A stretch of DNA of 64,000 nt from Octopus sinensis (taxonomy: Eukaryota), in assembly GCF_006345805.1 (NCBI RefSeq), contig NC_043006.1:17856001-17920000 (forward strand). Reading direction: 5' to 3'. How positions within the stretch are numbered: the first letter of the stretch is position 1; every line of letters starts with the position of its first letter. The notes beneath the pieces were generated by a model. The model was not told where the DNA came from. It saw nothing but the letters and a program-made list of their open reading frames with translations, and did no database searches. Positions 25,561 to 37,563 of the stretch are shown here, in pieces. The translations under genes and the position numbers were made by a program.

Positions 25561-25756
25561 GTTAGTTAGTTAGTTAGTTAATTAATTTTTTGGCTCAAAA
25601 GCAAAAAGCAAGGCCATGTAGGGGGACATGGTGTCATGTACAGGGTGGTGTTCATGTAAAGAGTTCAGGCCACTTGAGGTCAAGGGAGACTTTGAACAAA
25701 GCGGTCGTCGGCATCTTCACCATCTCATCTGGCAGCTTGTTCCACGGATCCGCAAA
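25561..25756 (-). mobile_element. Short CR1 3' end with a (CTAA)n tail, inserted into a family E MITE
   Basis: ADPWNKLPDEMVKMPTTALFKVSLD* followed by a tetranucleotide tail. Confidence 0.8.
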
Positions 25757-25986
25757 GTGGCCAGATCTCTCTACTCAAACCTACCTTGCAAAGACTAAAC
25801 AATTACACCATCAAAATGTCAAAGCCTTAAGATAATGCATGATCAGTTCAAAATAAGGTAAATAAATAAGCATTAAATTTGACTGGGTAACCTGAATGCT
25901 AAAGGGTTAAAAAAATGTATGATTGTGAAGTATAATGATTTTTAATTTGATATTTTTAATTTTTTATCTTTTTTTTTCTTTTCTAG

Positions 25987-26157
25987 GGTGCTTCATTAGG
26001 GAATGTGGTAACATCTGTCCCGACTCTGGTAAATACTAAATCCGTTGAAGAACTGTTCTCCTATCCTTTTCATGATTTAATGGTATGGGCTGTTCTGATG
26101 AAGCGACAGAAAATGGCTTTATTCATGTGGCAACATGGAGAAGAAGCTATGGCTAAG
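25987..26157 (+). CDS. TRPM: TRPM coding exon (...[34 protein letters not shown]), MHR4
   Basis: Long T-rich acceptor ending ctag; aag|gtaagt donor; 171 nt; highly conserved TRPM motif. Confidence 0.96.
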
Positions 26158-26476
26158 GTAAGTGCTTACTGTGATCGTTATCTGCTAAATTAACCACCTT
26201 TTTACTAATCGTCTTAGTCTTGGATCAGTTAAATGGAGGACATTTGCCCAAGAGGAAGCATAATGGTATTGAAGCTGAAATCCCTGTAGTTGCAAAGCAA
26301 ATTTCTTACATTTAATTCCTCCTTTGAAATAGAATAGAAGTATTTCTTGCTGGTTCTCTCAGACAGAACCAATAATTAGTTATGGCCAAATGTACGTGTT
26401 GAGACATTACATCATGGTATCCTTTACAGCTGTCCTTTCAGACTGTAATTATTATTGAGCCACACCTTTACATAAA

Positions 26477-26517
<41 letters not shown>

Positions 26518-26519
<2 letters not shown>

Positions 26520-26662
26520 TAGGGAGAGTTTACGAAAAAAACAAAAGACGAAGACAGGTGGTGTACAAAACAAACAGATGTATTAGTATAACGCTCAGGA
26601 ATAGAAAAAGTCTTTTACACTCTTCTACAGAAAGGGACACAGAAAAAACAAGGAGAGAAAAT
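26518..26662 (-). mobile_element. Second Penelope-type repeat copy with the hammerhead core deleted
   Basis: Aligns with 3318-3505 but lacks the gtttcgagcctac segment. Confidence 0.6.
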
Positions 26663-27637
26663 ATATATATATATATGCTTCTAAAATGTGGCCCCTGTTC
26701 TACTCTGGACCCTTCTCATCTCTTAACATAAAACTGTTTCTTTGGGATTCATAGTTCTGCAGGCTGATTGTGACCTCGTTAGAGCTACTGACACACACAA
26801 AAAAGAAAAGGCATCCAGTGCAGTGATTGTAAAGTAGTTGACATTAGAAAAGGCATCCAGCCGTAGAAACCATGCCAAAGCAGACACTGGAGACCAATGC
26901 AGTCCATGAAACCAGTAGAATAAGTACAAGGCTTAAAAATAAAAGTACCAGGGTCAATTCTCTCAACTATAGTCCAAGGTGATGCCCTAGCATGGTCACA
27001 GTCTAATAACTGAAATATGTATAAAAAAAATGTGTGTGTGGTGAGAGAGAGAGGGAACTTAGACTGAAAAATGTTCCAAGATCCAAGAAAGATAACTTCT
27101 GCATTAACTTGTTTGATAAAATTGTCATTACTAAAACCTCCATAATAACAATTAAACAGTTCATTTAATATATCTTAATTAATCTTTATACATGGCTCTA
27201 AAGTCAAGGGTTGGCATCGTTGATAACTTAAGAATACCTATCATGTAAATTTACCAAATAAAAGTAAAACATATAATTGACAGAATATTTCTTGATTTAA
27301 AAGCAATAAGTCCATCTGTGTTTTTTGTCATTACCAACTTTTAATAAGAAAAATTTAGCCCTGACAAAAAGATAAAACAAAATAAATATACCATATATAT
27401 TTGGTTTTGGAATTTCAATGTGGTTATGTGATTAAGAAGCTTGCTTCCCAACCGTGTGGTCCACTGTGTGCCACCTGGAGCTAGTGTCTTTTACTATATC
27501 CCAAGACCAATCAAAGCCATGTGTGTCAATAGTAGACGAAAAGTGGAAGAAACTTATCATACATATGTGTGTGTGAGTGGTGGGGTGTCTGTGCTTATAC
27601 ACACACACACATATATTTGTATATGTATGTATATATG

Positions 27638-27838
27638 AGAGAGCGTTGGAAAGTTCTTGGCTTTAAGGGTATTGTGAAAGGCCTGGTTAGAGGCCCAAAC
27701 TTCTGAGTTCTTTTACAAGACTTAGAAAAACTGAAGGATTGCTGCAATAAGTGTATGAATCTGAGAGAAGAATGTGTTGAATAAAATCGTAATTAACTGA
27801 TCTTTTACCCAAAGACAAGAACTTTTCAGCACCCCTCG
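27638..27838 (+). mobile_element. Mariner-derived MITE that retains the transposase C-terminus
   Basis: TA-flanked TIRs; LEKLKDCCNKCMNLREECVE*; inverted copy at 44277-44489. Confidence 0.85.
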
Positions 27839-27959
27839 TATATGTATACAGGTGTTGTTATGTCTTAAAGCCTGTCTTGATAAACAAAGAATCTAATTTG
27901 GAAAGCAACAATTCTTCAAAATGGTAAAACTCTTCTGTTATTATGTATAATATTTTGGT

Positions 27960-28194
27960 ATTTTCTGTTGTGTAATCTAACACACTCACCGGTAAAATTT
28001 CCACTTTTTTTCCTTATTTTTATTTTCCTAAAATTTTCGTTGCGTCTTGCAACCTTTCCAATAGTTTTGAAACTATTGAAAAGGTTGCAAGATGCAACGA
28101 AAAAGAAAATGACTCTCCCCAGACACAACAGAATATGCTTCAACACACGAACTCAAATAAAGAATCTTGCAAACCAAATCCAAAAACGAAATTT
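27960..28194. mobile_element. Palindromic foldback element family D, copy 1
   Basis: cacactcaccggtaaaatttccactt arm; centre caatagttttgaaactattg; related to 40050-40369 and 43700-43856. Confidence 0.8.
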
Positions 28195-28222
28195 TGCTAT
28201 TTCTCTCTGTTTTATTTTTTAG

Positions 28223-28320
28223 GCTTTGTTGGCGTGCAAGCTCTACAAGGCAATGGCACACGAAGCTGACCAGGATGATCTTGAAGTTGACATATCAGAT
28301 GAACTCAGGAAATTTGCAGA
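28223..28320 (+). CDS. TRPM: TRPM coding exon (ALLACKLYKAMAHEADQDDLEVDISDELRKFA)
   Basis: tttttag acceptor and ga|gtaagt donor (phase 2); ALxACKLYKAMAHEA motif. Confidence 0.96.
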
Positions 28321-29599
28321 GTAAGTATATGTGTTTGTGTGAATGCATGTGTGTATTTATTTGTGTATATATGTCCATGTGTCATGTGTATACGAGTCTG
28401 TGCTGCTGGTATGGCTGTGTTGTTAAGTTTGTTTCTCAAGCATGTGGTTTCAAGTCCAGTCCTACTGTGTGCCTTCTACAACAGCCCCAGGCCAAGCAAA
28501 GTAAATTTGGTATACAACTACCAAAAAAGTCCCATTGTATGTGTGCATGCATACATGCATACACGTCTGTGTGTGTTTTTGCACGTCATTGTCTCGACAG
28601 AGTGTGATAGTTATAAATGAGCATCACCATCATTTAAGAAGTGTTCTTTCTTTCCAATCTTCCATGAAAACACGGAAAAATATTTTCCTGCTTGGAAAGA
28701 GATGGTGGGAGTGACAACGAAGGCAGCGAGCTGGCAGAATCGTTTGCAGGCTGGGCGAAATGCTAAGCAGTATTTCGTCTGCCGTTACGTTCTGAGTTCA
28801 AATTCCGCCGAGGTTAACTTTGCCTTTCATCCTTTCGGGGTCGATAGAATAAGTACCAGTTACGCACTGGGGTCGATTTAATCGGCTTAATCCGTTTGTC
28901 TGTCCTTGTTTGTCCCCTCTGTGTGTAGCCCCTTGTGGGCAGTAAAGGAATAGGTTGGAGTGATAACAGGAAGGGCATCTGGCTACTGAAGTTATTACAC
29001 AATATTGTTATATGCAAGAGAGGCAACTCTTCCTCGGTCAACTTTCATTAGTAGGGGAGGTAACTCTTTTGTTCTTATATTCTGTGCTGTCGTTTTCTGC
29101 TTTATTATCGAAGTCAGCTGGTTAAAGATGATCTAGGATATAGTTTTAAATACGGCAACACCTTGAGATCAATTCAGATTTCAGGCTGAGGGATATCACA
29201 GTCTGCTTTAAGACATACAATTAGTGGAGGGTCCCTCAAAAATATTGTTAGATCATAGTTGGGCAGTTGTTCCCTGGTGTTTTGAGCTTCCAGTTGAAAC
29301 AGTATTGAGATGTGGAATTTCCCATCTTTCAGACCCAAAGAAATATGGATATTGCCCATACTGCTCTTTGAAGTTGTTTACAGTAAGCCATATATTAGTC
29401 CTTTGGATACCATCTGGTGATCTGAGTGTAGCTCTATATCCTACAATCTTGGAAAGGATAAGTAGCTCAGTTTCTGCAAATGTAGGTAGATTGTTGTATG
29501 TGAGCAAAGCAACTGTGTTTTTTTTTTTCTCATGCAGTTGTAGAAGTCGCATTGTCTAGACAAGAATATATCACTTCAATAGTATGTGCATTGAATAAT

Positions 29600-30785
29600 T
29601 TTGTGGTTTGTCAGTCATAATATGAATGACCTTTCTGGTGAATAAATCTTTGTCGATTAGACAAAGGAAATTTTTTTTCTTCAGCTTAAGATGTTTATGT
29701 GGAAATCTGAAATCTTGGGAGATCTTAAAAGGAACTTCTTCCTCGTAGAGTTTGGATCTGTATTGCTGTATGGCCCCTTTACCTGGGCACCAACCAACAG
29801 ACTCGAAACTATACTGGACAGCACTTGTTTTATGCCATTTTGAATATATCCAAGAAAGAACAACCTTTGAAAGAAAGATTATCTGATAAGCTTTGCAAAG
29901 CACCAGACACCATTAGAGACAAGTTTTTTTGTTTTTTTTTGCAGGATATTGTTAGAAATATAAGGAGGAGCTGGTTAGCAACATCCAATGTTGGACACCT
30001 CATCGTAGTAGAGACTGCATTGCCCACTCTATGAAGACATAATATTAGTTGGTTAGGTCTGTCGCTACGTTCTGAGTTCAAATTCCGCCGAGGTCGACTT
30101 TGCCTTTCATCCTTTCGGGGTTGATAAATTAAGTACCAGTCACGCACTGGGGTCGATGTAATCGACTTAATCCCTTTAGTCTGTCCTTGTTTGTCCCCTC
30201 TGTTTAGCCCCTTGTGGGTAATAAAGAAATAAGAAATGTTAGCACGCAGGGCGAAATGCTTAGCAGTATTTCATTTGCCGTTATGTTCTGAGTTCAAATT
30301 CCGCCAAGGTCGACTTTGCCTTTCATCCTTTCAGGGTCGATAAATTAAGTACCAGTCACGCACTGGGGTCGATGTAATTGACTTAATCCCTTTGTCTGTC
30401 CTTGTTTAGCCCCTTGTGGGTAATAAAGAAATAAGAAACGTTAGCATGCAGGGCGAAATGCTTGGCAGTATTTCATTTGCTGTTACGTTCTGAGTTCAAA
30501 TTCCACCAAGGTCGACTTTGCCTTTCATCCTTTCAGGGTCGATAAATTAAGTACCAGTCACGCACTGGGGTCGATGTAATCGACTTAATCCCTTTAGTCT
30601 GTCCTTGTTTGTCCCCTCTATGTTTAGCCCCTTGTGGGCAATAAAGAAATAATAATATTAGTTGGTTAGATCATAACACTGAATCTCACTGAAGACAAGT
30701 GTTACATGACATAGAACATGTAGATGCATGGAGCATTAGAGACATGCAAATTTGTGCAAGCTCGACCTGGTGATGATGAAGATGT
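29600..30785 (+). mobile_element. Degraded RTE LINE 3' region interrupted by a SINE trimer
   Basis: WKSEILGDLKRNFF..SVLLYGPFTW and AILNISKK..DTIR motifs; continues after 30669 to an ARP-gatgatga end. Confidence 0.65.
30057..30651 (+). mobile_element. SINE family C trimer with a 5'-truncated first unit and an 18-bp TSD
   Basis: ataatattagttggttag at 30039-30056 and 30652-30669. Confidence 0.9.
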
Positions 30786-31123
30786 GTGAAACAGGAGCAT
30801 AGCCCTAGCTATGGGTTCAGTGTACACTGGGTTTGGGTTGAGCTTTGTAAAGAGTTAGCAGACTGCTAAGGGCTAAATTTCACCTCTCTCTCTAGTATCA
30901 TTTGGTAGCTCAATGACCAGGCACATGACTGTTTAAGTATAACCTACAATATTGTTAATAGGGCCCCTCCATACTTCTGCTGATTGCATAACTGCTGGCT
31001 CTGCTTGCCTGAAAAACTATAGCCTAAAGCAGGACATAGTATCCTTCAGCAGGAAATCAGAAATTATCTCATACTGTTACTATATTTGAGAGGAAGCTTA
31101 GTTGTTACAATGCAAATTTGGCC

Positions 31124-31180
<57 letters not shown>

Positions 31181-32136
31181 ATGTGAAGTTACTGGTGATG
31201 AGTGTACTTCTGTTATGTTGTTATACAAAAGGGGTAGATGTGTTGTAGTACAAAAGTGTATCATGTCTCCAATGAGGTCTCAGTTCATATCTGACATAAA
31301 ATGGTGGCATATGGATTATACTTGTGTGCAGAAGATTGAGACGGGAGTAAAGGATATTACTACTTTTATTAAAGAGAATGTATATGTGTGGTTAGCTAGT
31401 TATGACTAAGTGTGCTGTTAGTGTACAGAAGGAAGTATGTGGAAGACATGATCATGTCTTAGCCCCAACATAAACAATCTGCAGAACTTAGGTCCAATGC
31501 TGGTCTTTGTGACTTTGTATTTATGACTTTTAATTAAAATTTTGTAATGTCGATGCAGACTATATGCTTAAGTCTGTTTTGCAACAAGATTCTTTCAAGT
31601 TAAATCTCACTGCATGGCATTTCGAGAAAATGTTTTTTGCTATAGTACCGGTGGCACGTAAAAGAACCGTCTGAACCTGGCTGTTGCCAGTGCCACCCCG
31701 ACTGGCCTCCATGCCAGTGGCACGTAAAAAGCACCAACCGATCGTGGCTGTTGCTAACCTCTCCTGGCACCTGTGCCAGTGGCATGTAAAAAGCACCCAC
31801 TACACTCACGGAGTGGTTGGCATTTGGAAGGGCATCCAGCTGTAGAAACATTGCCAGATCAGACTGGGGCCTGGTGCAGCCTCCTGGCTTCCCAGACCCC
31901 AGTCGAACCGTCCAACCCATGATAGCATGGAAAGTGGACGTTAAACGATGATGATGGTCATCCAATCCTTTATAAGTGAAATATGGTGGTTAGAAGTTGT
32001 ACAGAAGCCCATCGGGACTGAACCCGAAACCATGTGGTTGCAAAGTGAACATCTTAAACACACAGGTATACCTGCAAAAGTTTTTTTTCTTCTTTTACTT
32101 GTATGCTTTATGTTTTTCTCTTATTGTTTCTTTGAG

Positions 32137-32365
32137 AGAGTTTCAGACTCTCGCTTTAGAGTTGTTGGAGCATTGCTACAAAGTAGATGACGATTACACA
32201 CAACAACTGCTTACGTACGAATTGAAGAACTTCAGTGATCAGACTTGCCTCAGCCTTGCCGTTGCTGCTAACCACAGGGAGTTTGTCGCCCACACCTGCT
32301 GTCAAATGTTGCTCAATGACATGTGGATGGGAGGATTGCGCATGAGGAAGAATACTGCTCTCAAG
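32137..32365 (+). CDS. TRPM: TRPM coding exon ([15 protein letters not shown]...[40 protein letters not shown]), pre-S1
   Basis: Open frame with conserved TRPM motifs; aag|gtaggt donor; phase continuity requires the tttGAG acceptor at 32134-32136. Confidence 0.95.
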
Positions 32366-32767
32366 GTAGGTAACTCTTCATCGTCCAATCTGACAAGTTG
32401 AAATTTAAGTGTGTATTATAACTTGTCATTATTAACACTCTCATTACTATATTTCTCTTGAAATATACACAACCTTTGATTCAATTAGTTTTCAAATTAA
32501 TGAAGAATTTAGTTAAATAGCTGTCATTTTTAACCCTTTCCTCACCACATTTCTGTTCCAATATACTGTCTTTGTTTCATTTAATTTTCAGATTAATTAA
32601 GAATTCAGTAACACAACTTATTTTTAAACCTTTTGCAAATATACAAAAAACAAACAAAATAATTTTAATTGTAAAATCTAAATTATTGACTTAATACATC
32701 ATTGAATTATTTTTCTCTATATGTATTTGTTAGTTATGTTTTTTCTTCTAATTCTCATTTCATATAG

Positions 32768-32932
32768 GTAATATTGGGTATCTTTTTACCACCATACATT
32801 CTGCTGCTAGAATTTAAAAGCAAAGAAGAACTGCTGTTGATGCCTCAGACAATGGAAGAACATTTGGATGACATGGAAGAAGAAGCAAGTGAGAATGATC
32901 GAGTCTCCATCAGTTCTTTTGATGAAGCTGAA
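32768..32932 (+). CDS. TRPM: TRPM coding exon (VILGIFLPPYILLLEFKSKEELLLMPQTMEEH...)
   Basis: catatag acceptor and gaa|gtgagt donor; 165 nt; FKSKEEL..MPQT.EEH motif as in invertebrate trpm. Confidence 0.95.
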
Positions 32933-33214
32933 GTGAGTTTATACATTTTTTTCCCATCTTCACATCAAGTCTAATAAGTAATTATTTAAAATAAGAAAAA
33001 ATTCCATGAGGATTGCTTTGATAAAGACTTTGGTGTTTCATGTCAATTTAATATCTATAGCAGTTAAGCACAAGTGTGGGTGTGTGATTGAGAATTATGC
33101 TTCCCAACAACATGGTTTCAGGTTCAGTCCCATTCCATGGCATCTTAGACCAATCTAAGCTTTCTGAGTAGATGCAAACTGAAAGAAGACAATCATATAT
33201 ATATATATATATCA

Positions 33215-34655
33215 TAATCATCGTTTAACGTCTACTTTCCATGCTGGCATGGGTTGGACGGTTTGACTGAGGACTGGTGAACCAGGAGGCTGGATGCCCT
33301 TCCTAACACGAACCACTCCGAGAGTGTAGTGGGTGCTTTTTATGAGCCACCAGCATGGAAGCAGGGGCCCATTAGGTGGCACTGACATCAACCATGCTTG
33401 AATGGTGTTTTTTATGTGCCACCAGCATGGGAGCCAGTCTGGTGGGACTGGCATCAACCACACTTATTTGGTGCTTTTTGTGTGCCACCAGCACAGATGC
33501 GAGTTAGGTGGTACTGGCATCTGCTATGACAATGATTTCACTTGACTCAACAGGTCTTCTCAAGTACAGCATATTGCCCAATGATTGAATGGTACTTTTA
33601 ACTGGGCCGGTTATGTGACACTGGCATAGGCAACGACTATGGTTTCATTTGGCTTGCCAGGTCTTCTCAAGCACAGCTTATCTCCAAAGGTCTCAGTCAC
33701 TTGTCATTGCCTCCGTGAGGCCCTTCAGTACTTCATCGCAAGTCTTCTTGGGTCTACTTCTTCCGCAGATTCCCTCCACTTTTAGGGTGTGACACTTTTT
33801 CACATGGCTGTCCTCATCCATATGCAACACATGACCATACCAGTGCAGTCATCTCTCTTGCACACCACATGTGATGCTTCTTATGTCCAACTTTTCTCTG
33901 AGGGCACTTACACACTGTCTTGTATGCACACTGACATTACACATCCAGCAGAGCATACTAGCTTCATTTCTTTCAAGCCTGCACATGTCCTCAGCAGTCA
34001 CAGCCCATGTTTCACTGCCATGTTGTATAGGTGTTCACACACGTGTCATACAGTCTACCTTTCACTCTGAGCGAAAGACCCTTAGTTACCAGCAGAGGTA
34101 GGAGCTTTCTGAACTTTGCCCAGGCTATTCTTGTTTTAGCAGCTATGCTCTCAGAGCATCCACCTCTGCTACTGACTTGGTAACCTAGGTGATGGAAGCT
34201 ATCAACTAGTTCTAATTTTTCCACCTGTCATGTGCCTGAAGCTGTTTTCTGCACACTTTCAGTGTTTATTGCCCCTGTTCATCTGCCACACGAAAAAACC
34301 ATCTTCCCAGTTAGCCTTCCTTTGATACTGCTGCACCTATTATGTGTCCATAGCTTACACCGGGTACATCTTATGGAGTTTTTACCTACACCTTTTCTAC
34401 AGATCGAGCAGGGCCATCTACCTGTAGGGATTTGTGATTTGTCTGCCTTCCTACTTACTAAGACTTTGGTTTTTGCTAGATTGACTCTAAGGCATTTCGA
34501 TTCTAGACCTTGCTTCCACACCCGAAACTTTTCCTCTAGTTCTGATAGTGACTCAGCTATTAGAGCAAGGTCATTAGCATAGAGGTGCTCCCAGAGGCAT
34601 CTTGTCTTGAATTTCTCTGTTATTGCATCACATGACCATACCAGCACATATTTAC
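33215..34655 (-). mobile_element. 5'-truncated, degraded RTE-clade LINE with a Cys-rich insertion after RT
   Basis: LYANDLALIAES..GLESKCLRVNLAKTKV; WPCSICRKGVGKNSIRCTRCKLWTH.RCS; AWAKFRKLLPLL; family B 3'UTR. Confidence 0.88.
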
Positions 34656-34755
34656 TTTATTGGTAACTTCCCAACAATAGCAATTTTCAATAAATTCATT
34701 GAGTTAATCAAATTTTAATAACTGACTAAAGATTATTTCTGTTTTTATTCTGCAG

Positions 34756-34974
34756 AATGAATATGGAGAAGATATTGATAATAATTCCATTGGAAGTACA
34801 ACTGTACCAGCACCACCGCCAACAGCAATCAATAAAGACGTGGATGTGCTATCTAATGCACTTCATCCTATTACATTCCCAGATAAACCACTGAAGAAGA
34901 AATCACCTTTAAAACCTGGGAAGAAACTCTATGAGTTTTATAATGCACCTATAACAAAATTCTGGGCACACACT
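34756..34974 (+). CDS. TRPM: TRPM coding exon ending KKLYEFYNAPITKFWAHT
   Basis: ctgcag acceptor and act|gtaagt donor; 219 nt; FYNAP..KFW motif that precedes S1. Confidence 0.95.
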
Positions 34975-35434
34975 GTAAGTATATATTTTCTACAGCCTTC
35001 ATTCATCATCATTGTCATCATTTTAGTGTTCACTTTTCTGTGCTTGCATGGGTCAGACAGAGTTTAGTGAGGCTGGTTTTCTATGGCCAGATGCCCTTCC
35101 TGTTACTAAGCTTCACCTGTTTCCAAGGTAAGGTTATATTGCCTCATGGCCGAGCATGATCTTCACAGAAGATTGGAAGTGAACGACACTGCTTGTATGA
35201 CAGTGACACTTGTTTACGACTATCACATGCTGTCAAGACAAGGAGACTCAAACAAGCACACATACTATGGGCTTCTTTCAGTTTCAGTTTCCAAAATCCA
35301 CTCACGAGTTTTTGGTTGGCATGCACTATTTGAGAAGACATTTGCCCAAGGTGGCAGTCAGTGGAACTGGACCCAGAGCCATGGAAATTGGGAAGCAAAC
35401 TTCTTAATCATATGGCTATGCTTGTTTGCATCTG

Positions 35435-36756
35435 ATTTCTTTACCACCCACAAGGGGCTACACACAGAGGGGACAAACAAAGACAGACAAACAGATTAAG
35501 TTGATTATATCGACCCCAGTGCGTAACTGGTACTTATTTAATCGACCCCCGAAACGATGAAAGGCAAAGTTGACCTCGGCGGAATTTGAACTCAGAACGT
35601 AGCAGCAGACGAAATACCTATTTGTTTACTGCCCACAAGGGGCTACACACAGAGGGGACAAACAAAGACAGACAAACGGATTAAGTTGATTATATCGACC
35701 CCAGTGTGTAACTGGTACTTATTTAATCGACCACAAAAGGATGAAAGGCAAAGTTGACCTCAGCGGAATTTGAACTCAGAACGTAGCAGCAGACGAAATA
35801 CCTATTTCTTTACCGCCCACAAGGGGCTACACACAGAGGGGACAAACAAAGACAGACAAACGGATTAAGTTGATTATATCGACCCCCAGTGTGTAACTGG
35901 TACTTATTTAATCGACCACAAAAGGATGAAAGGCAAAGTTGACCTTGGCAGAATTTGAACTCAGAACGTAGCAGCAGACGAAATACCTATTTCTTTACTG
36001 CCCACAAGGGGCTACACACAGAGGGGACAAACAAAGACAGACAAACGGATTAAGTTGATTATATCGACCCCAGTGCATAACTGGTACTTATTTAATTGAC
36101 CTGAAAGGATGAAAGGCAAAGTTGACCTTGGCAGAATTTGAACTCAGAACGTAGCAGCAGACGAAATACCTATTTCTTTACTGCCCACAAGGGGCTACAC
36201 ACAGAGGGGACAAACAAAGACAGACAAACGGATTAAGTTGATTATATCGACCCCAGTGCATAACTGGTACTTATTTAATTGACCCGAAAGGATGAAAGCA
36301 AAGTTGACTTGGCAGAATTTGAACTCAGAACGTAGCAGCAGACGAAATACCTATTTCTTTACTGCCCACAAGGGGCTACACACAGAGGGGACAAACAAAG
36401 ACAGACAAACGGATTAAGTTGATTATATCGACCCCAGTGCATAACTGGTACTTATTTAATTGACCCGAAAGGATGAAAGGCAAAGTTGACCTTGGCAGAA
36501 TTTTAACTCAGAACGTAGCAGCAGACGAAATACCTATTTCTTTACTGCCCACAAGGGGCTACACACAGAGGGGACAAACAAAGACAGACAAACGGATTAA
36601 GTTGATTATATCGACCCCAGTGCATAACTGGTACTTATTTAATTGACCCGAAAGGATGAAAGGCAAAGTTGACCTTGGCAGAATTTTAACTCAGAACGTA
36701 GCAGCAGACGAAATGCTGCTAAGCATTTCACCCGGCGTGCTAACGTTTCTGCCAGC
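35435..36756 (-). repeat. Tandem array of seven ~183-bp SINE family C units
   Basis: Unit starts at 35435, 35620, 35804, 35989, 36172, 36353 and 36536; one complete head at ~36756; flanking direct repeat gcttg(t/c)ttgcatctg. Confidence 0.95.
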
Positions 36757-37225
36757 TTGCTTGCATCTGCTTCATTCTAAATAAACACCATCAGTTGTCT
36801 TTTTGTATACAATTTTTGTGGTTACCTTGAAAGCAATTCAGCTAGTAGGTCACACAATACAGTGTCCTACCCAAAATTTTAACTCATGAACAACTATGCA
36901 GAAATATTACCATATTGGTGAAGGTTGACAACAGGACAGGCATCTGGTCATAGAAAACCTATCTTGATGAAGCTTGGAAAAATGGACCCTAAATCAATGA
37001 TGGTGACACTGTGTATTATCCAACCACTAAATCTCATCATGGTTTGGGTTATGTTATTTTGTAACATAACATATTTAGACTCTGTGAGATCAGTCACTTT
37101 AGTAGCTAGGTGATCTTGTTGCTAATTGCTTGACCATTATGTAGAAGACAGACCTACAAGCCAATCAAACGGGTTTGTGGCAAGAAGAGTTTTTAAAATT
37201 TTTATTGTTGTTTTCAGTGATTAGC

Positions 37226-37563
37226 CTGTGGCCATGCTGGGACACTTCATTGCCTTGGAGAATTATTTTTTTAGTTGGCTAAATCAATCCCAGTTTTTTT
37301 TTCTTTTTATCAATCATTTTTGCCAAACTGCTAAGTTACAGGGATGTATACAAACTAGCCCTGGTTGTCAGAGGGTAAAAGAGAACAAACAGACACAACA
37401 CACACACACGCGCGCGCAACAGGTTTCTTTCAGTTTCTGTCTATCAAATCCACTCACAAGGTTTTGATCAGCCTGAGGCTATAGTAGAAGAAATTTGCCC
37501 AATGTGCCATGCAGTGGAACTGAAACTGGAACTATGTGGTTGGGAGGCAAACTTCTTACCACT
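37226..37563 (-). mobile_element. SINE family A (diverged)
   Basis: Reverse-complement similarity to family A. Confidence 0.8.

Noticed and set aside
35435-36756. CRISPR-like or retrozyme-like array
   Set aside because: Eukaryotic context and no unique spacers. Units are SINE bodies, and I found no CTGANGA...GAAA hammerhead core on either strand of the monomer.
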